Source: Nitrospirae bacterium MYbin3
Lineage (GTDB): Bacteria; Nitrospirota; Thermodesulfovibrionia; Thermodesulfovibrionales; Dissulfurispiraceae
Direction: 5' to 3'
Assembly: GCA_002753335.1 (NCBI GenBank)
Contig: PEAD01000020.1
Span: 1-57,501, forward strand
DNA: 57,501 bases
Numbering within the stretch: the stretch's first letter is position 1; each line of letters opens with the position of its first letter. The notes beneath the pieces were generated by a model, which saw only the letters and a program-made list of their open reading frames with translations, was not told the DNA's origin and did no database searches. A program made the translations under genes and the position numbers. Shown here one piece after another: positions 37,318-49,227 of the stretch.

Positions 37318-37917
37318 CTATTCAGTTTGCGCAGCCGGTTTTTTTACGGCTGTGCCTATGACCTGCATGTAAGCGACCAGCGCATCAAGCTCACTCTTGC
37401 CGTTAAGCGCGGTTATCTCATCAGGCTTGTAAGGGAAACCTAAAGCCTTCATATGCGCCTCAACATCAGACGGATTCAGTTTGTTATTTTTTAGCCAGCC
37501 ATATTTAGGCATATTTGATTCGGCAAAAAATGACTGGGGATCTTCAAAATGCATTTGGTGCCACGCATCAGGATATTTGCCCCCGATTCTAGCAAGGTCT
37601 GGGCCGGTTCTCTTAGAACCCCACAAAAACGGCTGGTCGTAAGCAAACTCTCCCGCCTTGGAATACTCGCCATAACGCAAGACTTCTGCCTTCAAGGGCC
37701 TTACAGTCTGCGTATGGCATCCTATACATCCTTCCTGCTGATAAACATCCTTGCCCGCAAGCTCCAGCGGCGTATATGGCTTAAGGCCTTCAAGTTTAGG
37801 GTGCATCTCTGCGGTCATCATTGGATAAAAAAGAGTGACCACAGTGCCTATAAGCACAACAACTGTGACAACAACCGCAAAGAGTATTGGATTTTTATAT
37901 AGCACTGAATTTGCCAT
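37318..37917 (-). CDS. ccoO: cbb3-type cytochrome c oxidase subunit II
   Basis: YTPLELAGKDVY, CIGCHTQ, WGSKRTGPDLAR. Confidence 0.93.
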   Translation of the reverse strand: MANSVLYKNPILFAVVVTVVVLIGTVVTLFYPMMTAEMHPKLEGLKPYTPLELAGKDVYQQEGCIGCHTQTVRPLKAEVLRYGEYSKAGEFAYDQPFLWGSKRTGPDLARIGGKYPDAWHQMHFEDPQSFFAESNMPKYGWLKNNKLNPSDVEAHMKALGFPYKPDEITALNGKSELDALVAYMQVIGTAVKKPAAQTE

Positions 37918-37927
37918 GTCCGCCCCC

Positions 37928-39325
37928 CTATGCCTTTGCCGCCACAAGGGCCTTGCCCTTGCGGATCGTCATATGAATGTTATAAATAAAGAAAAGCATT
38001 CCGACAGTAAATATTAAACCTGCCACAGTACGCAGTTGCCAGTACGGATAGTTCTTGGACAAAACTTCCATAAAGGTATATTTGAGTGTGCCGTCAGGAT
38101 TTACAGCCTTCCACATAGCGCCCTGCTGTATTCCTGTAATCCACATGGTGATAGAAAACATAAGCTGTCCGATTAGCACAAGCCAAAAATGTATGTTTGC
38201 AACTTTTTCGCTGTATATCTCTGTGTTGTAGATTTTAGGGATTATGTAGTAAATGCAGGCAGCAACCGTCATGGTAACCCATCCCATTGTTCCCATATGC
38301 ACATGGCCCGGCACCCAGTCTGTGTAGTGAATCAGTTGGCTCACCACCCTGAGAGCCTGCGTTGGCCCCTGTACTGTCTGAAGCCCATAGAAAGCTATGC
38401 CCCAGATAAAAAACTTTGTAAGATAATTGGTCCGCATCTTAGACCAATCCGCACCTACCGTATAAAAGCCGTTCACTACAGATCCCCATGACGGGGCTAT
38501 CAAGAAGATTGTGAAAACTATTGCAAGGGTCTGGATCCAGTCGGGCAGAGGCGTATAAACCAAGTGATGAGCGCCTGTCCAGAGGTAGCCAAAAGTCAGA
38601 GACCAAAAAGCGATTATAGAAAGCCTGTGGCTGTAAATCGGCATGCCGGTTGATTTGGGCAGAAAGTAATAAAACATCGCAAGGATAGGCGTCGTAAAGA
38701 TAAAGCCCACCGCATTATGGCCATACCACCACTCGACATTTGCGCTGTTGACACCTGCAAAAAGATGGTATGACTTGAAAAGTCCGGCAGGTATTGAAAG
38801 GTTGTTCACGATATAAAGCACAGCAACCGCAACAACAGTCGCAATTATATACCATAAAGAAATATACATCTGCTCCTCTTTTCTCTTTATGATAGTGCCA
38901 AACACATTCACCGCAAATATTACCCACAAGATAACGACGCCGATATCAAGAGGCCACTCAAGCTCGGCATATTCAAGCGACTGGTTCATCCCTGCAAAAA
39001 GACTGACAGCAGCAAGGGCGATAGCCACATTGAAAAGATGAAGATGAAACCTAGCCAGTTTGGGAAAAAGTAGAGGTCTCTTTGTTAACCTCATCAAAAT
39101 ATAATAGGAGATGCCAAAAATAGCACCAATACCCAACCCAAACGCAAGCCCGTTGGTGTGAACTACTCTCAATCTTCCAAAGGTGAAAAATGGCGGGAAG
39201 TTATGCGACGGACTCCACATCTGAATCGACAGCAAAAGTCCGACCACAATTCCCACGACACCCCAGAAAATAGAGGAGAGTATAAATCCCTTGACCGTTT
39301 GATTATCATACTGATAATCGCTCAT
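37928..39325 (-). CDS. ccoN: cbb3-type cytochrome c oxidase subunit I
   Basis: FGRLRVVHTN, WWYGHNAVGF, GAHHL, GHVHMG. Confidence 0.95.
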   Translation of the reverse strand: MSDYQYDNQTVKGFILSSIFWGVVGIVVGLLLSIQMWSPSHNFPPFFTFGRLRVVHTNGLAFGLGIGAIFGISYYILMRLTKRPLLFPKLARFHLHLFNVAIALAAVSLFAGMNQSLEYAELEWPLDIGVVILWVIFAVNVFGTIIKRKEEQMYISLWYIIATVVAVAVLYIVNNLSIPAGLFKSYHLFAGVNSANVEWWYGHNAVGFIFTTPILAMFYYFLPKSTGMPIYSHRLSIIAFWSLTFGYLWTGAHHLVYTPLPDWIQTLAIVFTIFLIAPSWGSVVNGFYTVGADWSKMRTNYLTKFFIWGIAFYGLQTVQGPTQALRVVSQLIHYTDWVPGHVHMGTMGWVTMTVAACIYYIIPKIYNTEIYSEKVANIHFWLVLIGQLMFSITMWITGIQQGAMWKAVNPDGTLKYTFMEVLSKNYPYWQLRTVAGLIFTVGMLFFIYNIHMTIRKGKALVAAKA

Positions 39326-39409
39326 TCTGCCCTCCTTAAAAAATATTGCTTTCAGCCCTCTTATGAAGACTCTATAAACAAATACTTCTCAACAAACTTT
39401 TAAGCTTTA

Positions 39410-39823
39410 TCACACAGCCTTTTTATCGATAGCAACAAGCTTCTTAAAATTATATCCCGAAATCTTCTTTATTACACTATCGGTAATGCTTCTCCATATC
39501 GGATGCACCGAACAGAAACCGCTGCGCGAGCATATCTTTTTATCCACCACACATTTGCTCATGAAAATGGGGCCTTGAACAGCAACAATAACTTCAAGCA
39601 AAGTAGTTTCACCGGGATTCTTCAAAAGCATGAAGCCGCCCTTCACCCCTCTGAAAGATTTTACAATGCTGGCTTTAGTCAGCTTCTGTAGTATTTTAGC
39701 GAGAAAGCTCTTTGGGATATACATCTCTCTCGAAACCTCATCCATCATAACCACCCTGTCTTCGTTCTTGCACAGGTAGAGCAAACAGCGTATCGCGTAA
39801 TCGGTTTCTCTTGTGATTTCCAT
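39410..39823 (-). CDS. Rrf2-family regulator with three Cys (possible Fe-S cluster)
   Basis: TDYAIR, SFRGVKGGF, C-x6-C-x5-C. Confidence 0.9.
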   Translation of the reverse strand: MEITRETDYAIRCLLYLCKNEDRVVMMDEVSREMYIPKSFLAKILQKLTKASIVKSFRGVKGGFMLLKNPGETTLLEVIVAVQGPIFMSKCVVDKKICSRSGFCSVHPIWRSITDSVIKKISGYNFKKLVAIDKKAV

Positions 39824-39828
39824 AATCT

Positions 39829-39864
39829 GGATTAATATTATCCTGTTTAAAACTATTTTGTCAA
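39829..39864 (-). promoter_or_regulatory. Putative rrf2 promoter with overlapping dyad
   Basis: TTGACA-N16-GATAAT; GGATAATATTAATCC near-palindrome over the -10. Confidence 0.45.
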
Positions 39865-40503
39865 GAGGCCTAAAGAATTGAGCTCTACGATGCTGTCGAT
39901 GATAAAGTCAGCATCCTGCAAATAGTCTATAGACCTGAAGCCATAAGTTACCCCGACTGTTCCCATTCCGGCATCCTTGCCCGCATCAATATCGTAATTG
40001 CTGTCTCCCACAATAACCGCCTCGTCAGGCAAAATACGCAATTTTGAAAGCACATAATTTAAAGGCTCGGGAGAAGGTTTCTTTGATGAAACAGTATCGC
40101 CGCCTACTATAACTTCGAAGAAGCGGCTGAGATTGAGTTCATTCATAATCCGCAGGGTAAAAGATTCCCTCTTGTTTGAAACCACGGCCTTGCGAAAACC
40201 GCTCAAAGACTCGAGAGTTTCGACAGCTCCAGCATATGGTACAGAAAAGTCGATAAGATGGGCTGAGTAATATTCAGAGAACCTTTCAACAAGCTCTACG
40301 CAGGAAGAGTTCTTATTTTTCTGCAGAAGAAGCTTCTCAAATAATTTTGTTATGCCTTCACCCACAAGAAACTTTGTTTCTTCAATACTGACAGGCTGAA
40401 CATTCAAAGGTTCTACGGCATAATTGATAGCATTGCATATATCAACGCTTGTGTCCACAAGGGTCCCGTCAAGATCGAAGATGATAAGTTTAGTTTTCAA
40501 CAT
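39853..40503 (-). CDS. gph: HAD-family phosphatase (phosphoglycolate phosphatase-like)
   Basis: FDLDGTLVDT, SNK, KKPSP, VGDSNYD; start at MLKTKL. Confidence 0.8.
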   Translation of the reverse strand: MLKTKLIIFDLDGTLVDTSVDICNAINYAVEPLNVQPVSIEETKFLVGEGITKLFEKLLLQKNKNSSCVELVERFSEYYSAHLIDFSVPYAGAVETLESLSGFRKAVVSNKRESFTLRIMNELNLSRFFEVIVGGDTVSSKKPSPEPLNYVLSKLRILPDEAVIVGDSNYDIDAGKDAGMGTVGVTYGFRSIDYLQDADFIIDSIVELNSLGLLTK

Positions 40504-40516
40504 AGCTTTCCTGATA

Positions 40517-42433
40517 TCAGAAAGAGTTGTCATCATCCGCCTCAGTACGATATGATTTGAGCACTTCTGCCACTTCATGAACATACCTTGACCGCAATTT
40601 ATTCTGCGAGTTCCCATAAACCATTCTGAACCTGCTTGAGGTAAGGTAGAGTTCATCCTTTGCCCGTGTAACCGAAACATAAAACAATCGGCGCTCCTCC
40701 TCTATCCGGGAAGGGTCGTCCAGTGCCTTGGCAGCAGGGAAAACCCCTTCTTCAAGACCTACAACGAACACCACCGGAAATTCAAGACCCTTGGAGCTAT
40801 GCACCGTAAGCAGACGCACGACATTGCTGTCATCAATGTTGTCCTGTGCAGAAGCAAGAAGATTGTCTTCCATGAACTCAGAAAAAAGCTGCCCTTCACT
40901 TTCGACCTTCCTTAATACATTCAGCAGTTCGGACATATTTCCGATTCTGTCTTCAAAATCAGAATCGTAATACTCTTTTAAATAATTCTCGTATCCTATC
41001 TTCTCTATTATAGAGGCTAGCACCGTGTATGGCGAGGTATCAGCGATTTGCGTGCCGGCATACTCATTGATAACTTTTATGAAATTCTGCATATATATTC
41101 TCTGCTTGGGCCTGAAGCTGAAACTCTCGATGGTTTTTATCCAATCATTATCAAAACTGTTCTTTATTGCAGCAAGAGTTTTGGCTCCGATAAAGCGCGC
41201 AGGGGTATTGATTATCCTGTCGAACGCTGCCGAGTCCTTTGGGTTGATTACAAATCTGAGATATGCAAGCAAGTCCTTTATCTCTGCACGTTCATAAAAT
41301 GTGATGCTCCCCACAAGCTGATAAGGAATGCCTGATTTAAGAAACGCCATTTCAAATTCTCTGGACAAAAAGGTCATCCTCATGAGAACAGCTATGTCTT
41401 CATATCTGCAGCCGTTCTCTACTAATTCGCGTATCTTGCGCGCTATAAACTGCGTTTCTCCATAGGCGTCCTCACTCTCTCTAAAATGCACAACCCCGTC
41501 ATTTGTCTTGTCAGTGCGCAGTTTTACAAGCTTGCCGGCCCATTTGTTGTCGGTCTTGGCGAGTACTGCATTGGCTATCTCGAGTATCTTCTGGGTGGAG
41601 CGATAGTTAGTGTCTAGCTTTACGATCTTGGCCTTAAAATCATCCACAAAGTGAAGTATATTCTCTGGATACGCTCCCCGAAAGCCGTAAATGCTCTGCT
41701 GCGGATCGCCCACAACCGTCACCATACTTTTATCTTCGGCAAGGAGCGCAAACAGAGTATTCTGTATGGGATTAGTATCTTGGTATTCGTCTATCAGCAG
41801 AGCATCAAAATGAGATTTCCATTTAGCAAGGATTTTCCCGTCCCTATTCAGAATTTGGGTTGTTATGTAAATGATATCGTCGTAATCCAAGGCATTACTG
41901 CTGTTTAGAACACCTTGGTATTCCTTATAAACATTCGCTATGAGCCTGTCCGGAAAAGGCATACTGTTGATATAATCGTATATACTTTCTCTAAGGGTCT
42001 GCTTGGCAAGTGATATAACCCTTCTGACATGAGCAGCTTTGGTATCTTTCATACTGAATTTCTTTATCGCATCCTTGATGATTTTTGAAGTGTCGCTTTC
42101 GTCGTAAATAACAAAATTTTTGGTGTATCCCTGCCCTAGATGCTCAATTTCCTGGCGAAGTATCTTCACACAGAAAGAATGAAAGGTCGATATCCAGCGC
42201 GGACGCATATGCAGCATTTGCGAAACCCTCGAGAGCATCTCCTCGGCCGCTTTTTTAGTAAATGTTATGGCCAATATCCTGTTGGGATTTGTTTTGTGTT
42301 CCTGAACAAGATGTGCAATTTTATGGGTTATAACTTTTGTTTTTCCTGATCCGGCGCCTGCTATAACGAGCAATGGACCATCGTTGTGCAAAACAGCCTC
42401 TTTCTGATGAAGGTTGAGTGAATCAAGAATCAA
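40517..42433 (-). CDS. pcrA: UvrD/PcrA/Rep SF1 helicase
   Basis: AGAGSGKT, DEYQDTN, VGDPQQSIYGFRGA, NYRS, TVHSSKGLEF, EERRLFYV. Confidence 0.9.
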   Translation of the reverse strand: MILDSLNLHQKEAVLHNDGPLLVIAGAGSGKTKVITHKIAHLVQEHKTNPNRILAITFTKKAAEEMLSRVSQMLHMRPRWISTFHSFCVKILRQEIEHLGQGYTKNFVIYDESDTSKIIKDAIKKFSMKDTKAAHVRRVISLAKQTLRESIYDYINSMPFPDRLIANVYKEYQGVLNSSNALDYDDIIYITTQILNRDGKILAKWKSHFDALLIDEYQDTNPIQNTLFALLAEDKSMVTVVGDPQQSIYGFRGAYPENILHFVDDFKAKIVKLDTNYRSTQKILEIANAVLAKTDNKWAGKLVKLRTDKTNDGVVHFRESEDAYGETQFIARKIRELVENGCRYEDIAVLMRMTFLSREFEMAFLKSGIPYQLVGSITFYERAEIKDLLAYLRFVINPKDSAAFDRIINTPARFIGAKTLAAIKNSFDNDWIKTIESFSFRPKQRIYMQNFIKVINEYAGTQIADTSPYTVLASIIEKIGYENYLKEYYDSDFEDRIGNMSELLNVLRKVESEGQLFSEFMEDNLLASAQDNIDDSNVVRLLTVHSSKGLEFPVVFVVGLEEGVFPAAKALDDPSRIEEERRLFYVSVTRAKDELYLTSSRFRMVYGNSQNKLRSRYVHEVAEVLKSYRTEADDDNSF

Positions 42434-42482
42434 TGGGAACTATCCTCTCTCTCTAGATTTGCCTAAGAAATTCCACAGAAGC

Positions 42483-42890
42483 TTATTTTATTTTATCGCA
42501 TATGGTAGCAAACTGCTCAAGGTCAATAACCTTAGATCCGGCAAACTGCGCATCCAGTATTTCCGGAGATTCGCCGGCAGATTTGAGAAAGCCAACCAGC
42601 ATCTGACCGCGTCTTGGACTTTCCTCAATCTTGACTATATGCCGAAATCCACCACGCTGTTTTGCAAGATCTCGCAGGCTGCACACTATGAAAAAAGATG
42701 AGCCTACTGATGAGCCGATGGATTTTATCTTTATATCAAGAACAGAGGTTCTCTGACGCCGATCAATTTCGGTTATGACAATATCCATCTTTGAGTTGCC
42801 AAAGCGTTTGGAATCGGACCGAAAATTATCTGCAACACAAGGAGACGAAAATATAAATAAGAGCAGAATAAACCAACCAAAAATCTTCAT
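42483..42890 (-). CDS. Hypothetical exported protein
   Basis: Signal-peptide-like MKIFGWFILLLFIFSSPCVA; GGAGA RBS. Confidence 0.6.
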   Translation of the reverse strand: MKIFGWFILLLFIFSSPCVADNFRSDSKRFGNSKMDIVITEIDRRQRTSVLDIKIKSIGSSVGSSFFIVCSLRDLAKQRGGFRHIVKIEESPRRGQMLVGFLKSAGESPEILDAQFAGSKVIDLEQFATICDKIK

Positions 42891-42996
42891 TGCTGTCTCT
42901 CCAGTATGCAACATTATTCTATTGTCTGAGAAACTTTTTAAGACGCTTTGCAGAAAGCTGAAGACCACATAGGCAAAATCTGAATAGGAACATTTC

Positions 42997-43410
42997 CTAT
43001 TCGTAATAGTTATCCATCTTGTCTTTCAAAAAAGAGCCCAACGCCTTGTCTGTATTGGCAACATGCCTAACAAGCCAGTGGGAAATTACCCCGGTAATCT
43101 CATATATAAGCGTAGACATGTCTCCCTTTTCGAAATGTTCCCTTAACGCCCCCAAGTTTTCTATAAATTCCTTATGCTCGCTCATGTGGGAGTCGTAATC
43201 TGGATACTTTAGCACCCGCATATACTTCTCTTCGAGAGAAAAATGCTTCCGCACATAATCATCTAGAAAAGCCAGGGCTTTGCTCACACGCTCCTGACCC
43301 TTGTATTCCTGAATGTCCATTGATATACCTTCGAACAGCATGAAAAGTTCTTGATGCTGAAGATCAATAACATCAACACCTACAGACAATGACGGAGTCC
43401 ATTTAAACAT
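42997..43410 (-). CDS. Bacteriohemerythrin
   Basis: W...SVGVDVIDLQH, HFSLEE, HMSEH, HVANTD. Confidence 0.9.
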   Translation of the reverse strand: MFKWTPSLSVGVDVIDLQHQELFMLFEGISMDIQEYKGQERVSKALAFLDDYVRKHFSLEEKYMRVLKYPDYDSHMSEHKEFIENLGALREHFEKGDMSTLIYEITGVISHWLVRHVANTDKALGSFLKDKMDNYYE

Positions 43411-43486
43411 ACACTGTACATCCTTTCCTGTACCATACATTTTTTGAACGCATGTTACAAAGTAATATAATATCAAAGATTACTGG

Positions 43487-44263
43487 TTAAATTTTATCGT
43501 AATAACCAGGATACAGTTTTTTTGCACACTCAGGGCATATTCCGTGAGAAAATTCAGCCTCAGAATGGTCATGAATATATGTCTCCAGTTGATTCCAGTA
43601 GCCCTTGTCATCGCGTATTTTTTTACAGGTGCAGCATATTGGAATAAAACCGCTTAAAAGCTTTACTTTATCTAAAGCTGTTTTTAGTTCCCCAATAAGC
43701 TTTTCACGTTCCTCTTGAGCATTTTTTAGTTCACTTATGTCGGATATGACAAATCTTATAACACTCTTTCCATTCTCAGGATCTTCAATTGCCAAGCTTT
43801 CTATCAATGCATAGAAAAATACTCCGGTGCTTCTTCTCAGTTTAATTTCGTCACTGACACGTTTAGAGGATTCTAAAACTTTGCGCATATGAAAATAAAA
43901 CAGGTCCTGTGCATCAGGTGCTACAAAATGTGAAAATGGCTGGCCAATAATCTGTGAGCGGTCAAGTTCGAACTGACGGCATCCGGTGAGATTCGCCTCA
44001 CGTATTTTTGTGTTTTTATCCATAGTAAAATATCCAACCGGCGCTAACTCGAAAAGAGCACTATACTTATTGCGTGATTTTTCGAGCTCAATCTGCGTTT
44101 GTCTTAGCTCCTCATTTTGGAGTTCCAGCTCTATCTGGTGAACCGTTAGATCATGCATAACCTTCTCTGCATCAGCAGAATAAAAAGAAGGCATGGTTAG
44201 ACGTTTCTGCTCAAGAATCTGCTCCGCCTTTTTTCTAAGTTCGTTATACTTTTTATCTTTCAT
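43487..44263 (-). CDS. Coiled-coil + PAS protein with C-terminal Cys motif
   Basis: [33 protein letters not shown]...SHGICPEC. Confidence 0.8.
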   Translation of the reverse strand: MKDKKYNELRKKAEQILEQKRLTMPSFYSADAEKVMHDLTVHQIELELQNEELRQTQIELEKSRNKYSALFELAPVGYFTMDKNTKIREANLTGCRQFELDRSQIIGQPFSHFVAPDAQDLFYFHMRKVLESSKRVSDEIKLRRSTGVFFYALIESLAIEDPENGKSVIRFVISDISELKNAQEEREKLIGELKTALDKVKLLSGFIPICCTCKKIRDDKGYWNQLETYIHDHSEAEFSHGICPECAKKLYPGYYDKI

Positions 44264-44267
44264 TAAA

Positions 44268-46016
44268 TTACCGCTTCAACTGTTCCTTTGTGTGAATGTC
44301 AATAATCCTCATAAGTTCTTTTGCGGATATCGGTTTGGGCAGATAGTCATTCATTCCTGCTTCAAGACAGAGTTCCTTGTCACCTTTCATAGCTTGTGCT
44401 GTAAGGCCTATGATTCTGGCCATTGGATTCAGAATCTCTCCATTTGAGCGCCTTATCATCCTTGTTGTATCATAGCCATTCATACCCGGCATCTGAACGT
44501 CCATAAAAATAATATCGAAGTTGTCTTTTTTAAGAATCTTAATGGACTCTTCTCCACTCCAGGCCGATACTACTTTATGCCCTTGCCTCCGTAAAAGACT
44601 GACAATAACCGTCTGGTTAAGTTCATTGTCTTCGACCACAAGTATTTTAAGGCTCCTTCCTCCAGAGTTTTTTTTCAAGCTCTCGGTATTTACTGAACCA
44701 TCGTAAGCGGACTCGCTTATTGGTTGGCTCTCAAGAGGGAGTTCTACATTAAAAGTGCTTCCTGTTCCTATCGAACTCTCAACCCATATTTTGCCGCCCA
44801 TGAGTGAAACAAGTTTCTTTGAAATAGTTAGTCCTAATCCCGTGCCACCATATTTGCGAGTTATTGAACTGTCAGCTTGTGTGAACCTGTCAAATATAAT
44901 TTCATGATCAGAACTGTCTATCCCTATTCCTGTATCTTTTACAGAAAAAATAACATTGCATCCATGCTCAGTATCATTAGCTCTTGCACCACAGTTTACA
45001 CTGACTAAAATGCTCCCTTTGTGAGTGAACTTTATTGCATTTCCTATGAGATTGCCAATGACTTGTCTGATGCGCGCTGAGTCTCCAGAAAAAAAACGAG
45101 GCAGTTTCTCACTGAAGGTACTGCTAAGAGTTATGTTTTTTTTGAGCGCTTGTGGCATAAAAAGGTCTACTAATCCCTGAACAAGGCTGTGTAGGTCAAA
45201 CGAAACATTATATGTCAACACTCTCCCTGCCTCTATTCTCGAAAGATCAAGCACATCATTAATAATAGTCAGCAAAGATTCTGAAGCCTGTTTTACCATT
45301 TCGATATTCTCGCGCTGTTTTTTGTCTAATTGCGTATCAAGAGTAAGGTCAATCATTCCTAATATAGCGTTCATCGGAGTTCTAATCTCATGACTCATAT
45401 TGGCAAGAAAACCGCTTTTAGCCCTGTTGGCACTCTCTGCAGCATCTTTGGCCTTTTTTAGATCTTCTTCCATCTTCTTTCTTTCTGTAATATCTACCAA
45501 GATAAGTCTTAATGTATCTTTCTCTCCATTTTTTCCTTCGACAAATATGCTTTCAACCAATCCATTAAAATGCTCCCCCTTGTCATTCTTTATATTAAGC
45601 TCGCAGGTCTCTTTTAATTTTGAACCTATAACTTTGCGGCAATGGAAATAAAATGCATCCTGAGATTCAGGAGATATATAGTGAGTAAAGGAATGCCCTA
45701 TCAACTTTGAGCGTTCGGCAGCCAACAGTATGCATCCGGTAAGATTTACTTGAACTATTTTCCCATCAACATCAAGCGTAAAGTAGCCGACCGGAGCAAG
45801 TTCGTACAGATGGCTGTATTTGTTCTTCGATTCCTCAAGTTCTGCCTGAATCCTTCTCAACTCTTCGTTCTGCAGTTCAAGCTCTATCTGATGAACTGTA
45901 AGCTCATGAATTATTTTTTCGATATCTTTGCATTCAGGAATTTTGATTTTCTTATGCCCATGATTGATTAAATCCAATGCCTTTTGCCTGATTTCTCGGG
46001 TTTTAGAGTCGTCCAT
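44268..46016 (-). CDS. PAS hybrid histidine kinase (kinase + receiver)
   Basis: [22 protein letters not shown]-terminal receiver. Confidence 0.9.
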   Translation of the reverse strand: MDDSKTREIRQKALDLINHGHKKIKIPECKDIEKIIHELTVHQIELELQNEELRRIQAELEESKNKYSHLYELAPVGYFTLDVDGKIVQVNLTGCILLAAERSKLIGHSFTHYISPESQDAFYFHCRKVIGSKLKETCELNIKNDKGEHFNGLVESIFVEGKNGEKDTLRLILVDITERKKMEEDLKKAKDAAESANRAKSGFLANMSHEIRTPMNAILGMIDLTLDTQLDKKQRENIEMVKQASESLLTIINDVLDLSRIEAGRVLTYNVSFDLHSLVQGLVDLFMPQALKKNITLSSTFSEKLPRFFSGDSARIRQVIGNLIGNAIKFTHKGSILVSVNCGARANDTEHGCNVIFSVKDTGIGIDSSDHEIIFDRFTQADSSITRKYGGTGLGLTISKKLVSLMGGKIWVESSIGTGSTFNVELPLESQPISESAYDGSVNTESLKKNSGGRSLKILVVEDNELNQTVIVSLLRRQGHKVVSAWSGEESIKILKKDNFDIIFMDVQMPGMNGYDTTRMIRRSNGEILNPMARIIGLTAQAMKGDKELCLEAGMNDYLPKPISAKELMRIIDIHTKEQLKR

Positions 46017-46020
46017 TGTT

Positions 46021-49000
46021 CTACCTAACAGTCCTCCGAATCTTCCTTTTTTTAGGCTGTGTCATATCTGACGCGGTTATCATCATTTTTTCTGTACTGT
46101 CTATCGTAAACACACATCCCTGAAACTCATTTTCGGAACCAAATACAGGGTAACCGCTTACAAGCAACTTCAGTTTGGATTTCCCTGATATCTCGGAATA
46201 CCTATAGTCAAAAAATGGTTTCCTATTCAGGCTCATATGCTTGTATGGAATTGTATTGTCATTAAGAAGGTTTCCCCTATTGTCAGTGATCCTCCATCCC
46301 GGAGCACTGAGGCCAAATTGGGCAAGAATCTCCTCATCCTTAGCAATAATATTTTCTGCGCTATTGTTCGCAAATACCAATGTACCGAAAGCATCAAGAA
46401 TTATCTTGCCCGTAGGACTTTTTTCGCATATAAGGCCTTTACTGCATACATTGCTCAAAAGGTTGTGTTTGACCTTAAGACGCTCCTCAAACCCTTTCCT
46501 CTCGGTTATATCTATGAAGGTTATAACAATCCCCGCTATCGCATTGTCTACCGTGCGATAAGGGTCTATCTTCATAAGAAAGTATTTATTGTTCCAGCTT
46601 TCTACCTCGGTCTCTTTAGATATAAGCGTTTTTGTTACACTTTCAATATCAGAAAAAAAATTGGGGTAGTGAATGTTGTGAGAAAAGTGCTGGATGGGTC
46701 TGCCCAGATCGCGATCCATAATGTTTACAATATCACTGATTGCCGGAGTAAACTTTCTTATGTTCATCTGCAAGTCAAGAAATAGCGTGCCTATATTGGT
46801 GTTTTTATACAAATTAATGATGTCATTATTCAGGTCTGTAAGCTCTTCAATTTTTTTCTGATATTCAGAGTTTACGGTGTACAGTTCCTCGTTTACAGAC
46901 TGCAGCTCTTCATTTGTTGATTGCAGTTCCTCGTTGGAAGCAATAAGCTCTTCATTTGTAGATTGCAGCTCTTCGTTGGAAGTCTCCATCTCTTCTATTG
47001 AGGCCTGCAGATTTTCTTTAGTGTACTGCAGAGCCTGCTCAAGATCGGCTATTCGCTGATCTCTTATCTCATCAACACCTATTCCGTCAGCTTCCTCACG
47101 TGATATGGATCGGGAAATATTTTCTTCAAACGTGAGAATAATAAAAAGTCTTTTGCTTTTTTCATCAATAACCGGATGGACTGTTATATTCACAAGATAT
47201 GTGCCGTCTTCATCTTTTATCTTCAGATCTTTATAAATGACATCACCTTTTTTCTTCAAAGCCTTATGAATCGCGGTATTAAGAGGCATAGCAAGCTCTT
47301 TTCGCACCATTTTAACGATGTTCAGGCTTGCCTTGCCTGTAGGAATCTTTATGTATCTGGCCAAATCTCCAAAGACATGCAAAAGTTCATGATTTTCGTC
47401 AATAATTACGCTAGGAGGTGCAAACCTTGCAACAAGAGACTGGTATGCAATATCAAGTGGGTCATCTATCTTGAGCATTCTGACAGGATATCCGGCATCA
47501 ATTTTATTAATTGCTCCGGAACCTTTCTTTACTGTTGGCATCACGAAATCATTCATAAGAGGAAGCTTCGAACCTATTTTGTCGCGGTAAACCTTCCACT
47601 TGCTGTCAACCACCGCAAAACTATTGTTCAGGTCCCCTAATGACTCACTGCTTCCTAGAAAAAGATAGCCGTTTCTGTTAAGTGCATAATGCAAAGAGTG
47701 GAGAACTTTTTTCTGCATTACAGGTTGAAAATAGATAAGCATATTTCTACAGCATGTCAGATCTATTTTTGAGAAGGGTGGGTCAGTAAGGATATTCTGC
47801 ACCGCAAAAATAACCATTCGTCTAATATTCTCATTAATCTGATATCCTCCATCTTTTTTAGTGAAATGGAGTTGAAGCCTCTCGTGGGATATATCGGATA
47901 TTATGCTCTCAGGGTATATTCCTGTGCCAGCATATTCCACTGCATCCTTGTCAAGATCTGTAGCAAATACCTTTACATCAAATCTTTTGTTTGAAGCATC
48001 CATATACTCTTTTAGCATTATTGCCAGAGAGTATGCCTCCTCCCCTGTGGAGCAGCCTACACTCCACACTCTGATAGGAGAGTTGCTGTTGCGACCTTCA
48101 AAAATATTTGGGATCACCTTTTGCGCTATGATTTGAAAAGCATCCTCATCTCTGAAAAACTTTGTGACGCCTATAAGCAAATCTTTATAAAGTATTCTAG
48201 CTTCGCTAGGAGACTGCGCAAGATGCACAACATAGTCTTCTATTCTGTTTATCTGATTTATACTTATTCGACGTTCGATTCTTCGCACAATGGTATTAGG
48301 CTTATAGAATGTAAAATCCACTCCTGTACGTTCACGCAATATGCCCAGAATCTTTGACAGATTATCTTCATCCTTGAGGATGAGTTCTTCGACTTTGTCA
48401 CCCTTATGAATGAACGGATGCTTGACATATTTAAGCAATTCATCAGACATTTTGTCCGGCGGCAAAACATAATCAAGCAGGCCGGTTGCCGCAGCACTCA
48501 TAGGCATTCCATCAAATTTGGCAGAATCAGCGTCCTGAGCCATAACCATACCACCAGCACCTTTTATAGCCCTGATTCCCAAAGTTCCATCGCTACCAGT
48601 ACCGGACAAAATTATACCGATAGCCCTGTCGCCCTGGTCTTCAGCAAGGGAACGGAAAAATATGTCTATGGGCAGATTAAGAAAGTGACCTTGCCCAGAT
48701 GGATTATTAAGATCCGTCAGATACAGTTTGCCATGAAAGATAGTGAGGTTTTTTTTGGGAGGGATAAGGTATGTGGTGTTAGCCTCAACCGGCATGCCGT
48801 CTTCGGCCCGGTAAACATTCATGGCTGTGTGCTTTGACAGCAACTCCACCATTAGGCTCTTGTAGTTCGGGGAGAGATGCTGAACTACCACGAATGCAAG
48901 GCCGCTGTCAGAAGGCATATTCCTAAAAAAACGTTCAAGCGCATCAAGCCCTCCAGCAGAAGCTCCTATTCCCACAATTGCTATAGGGACATCCCATGTG

Positions 49001-49074
49001 GCCTTGGTCTTAGTCTGTTTTTTGCCTCGCGTCTTAACAGGCTCCGAAATAATCTTCGTTTTTTTCTTAGCCAT
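46021..49074 (-). CDS. CheB methylesterase-CheR methyltransferase fusion with coiled coil and PAS
   Basis: [43 protein letters not shown] heptads. Confidence 0.9.
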   Translation of the reverse strand: MAKKKTKIISEPVKTRGKKQTKTKATWDVPIAIVGIGASAGGLDALERFFRNMPSDSGLAFVVVQHLSPNYKSLMVELLSKHTAMNVYRAEDGMPVEANTTYLIPPKKNLTIFHGKLYLTDLNNPSGQGHFLNLPIDIFFRSLAEDQGDRAIGIILSGTGSDGTLGIRAIKGAGGMVMAQDADSAKFDGMPMSAAATGLLDYVLPPDKMSDELLKYVKHPFIHKGDKVEELILKDEDNLSKILGILRERTGVDFTFYKPNTIVRRIERRISINQINRIEDYVVHLAQSPSEARILYKDLLIGVTKFFRDEDAFQIIAQKVIPNIFEGRNSNSPIRVWSVGCSTGEEAYSLAIMLKEYMDASNKRFDVKVFATDLDKDAVEYAGTGIYPESIISDISHERLQLHFTKKDGGYQINENIRRMVIFAVQNILTDPPFSKIDLTCCRNMLIYFQPVMQKKVLHSLHYALNRNGYLFLGSSESLGDLNNSFAVVDSKWKVYRDKIGSKLPLMNDFVMPTVKKGSGAINKIDAGYPVRMLKIDDPLDIAYQSLVARFAPPSVIIDENHELLHVFGDLARYIKIPTGKASLNIVKMVRKELAMPLNTAIHKALKKKGDVIYKDLKIKDEDGTYLVNITVHPVIDEKSKRLFIILTFEENISRSISREEADGIGVDEIRDQRIADLEQALQYTKENLQASIEEMETSNEELQSTNEELIASNEELQSTNEELQSVNEELYTVNSEYQKKIEELTDLNNDIINLYKNTNIGTLFLDLQMNIRKFTPAISDIVNIMDRDLGRPIQHFSHNIHYPNFFSDIESVTKTLISKETEVESWNNKYFLMKIDPYRTVDNAIAGIVITFIDITERKGFEERLKVKHNLLSNVCSKGLICEKSPTGKIILDAFGTLVFANNSAENIIAKDEEILAQFGLSAPGWRITDNRGNLLNDNTIPYKHMSLNRKPFFDYRYSEISGKSKLKLLVSGYPVFGSENEFQGCVFTIDSTEKMMITASDMTQPKKRKIRRTVR
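46837..46980. repeat. 144-bp direct repeat, copy 1
   Basis: 143/144 identical to 51558-51701. Confidence 0.9.
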
Positions 49075-49164
49075 CTCATCCTCCCCCAACAGTTAGAAAT
49101 AATGCAATAAGGCGCGACCTATTTTATGTTTAATTAATATTAACGTTTAGGAAACTTACTGTAT

Positions 49165-49181
49165 ATAAGTAGATATACTTA
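49165..49181. promoter_or_regulatory. Dyad TAAGTA-N4-TACTTA, copy 1
   Basis: ATAAGTAGATATACTTA is repeated exactly at 56306-56322. Confidence 0.6.
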
Positions 49182-49227
49182 GAGGGTTTGACGCTTTGAA
49201 GCAGGCATTCGCATTGCTTACATCGAG

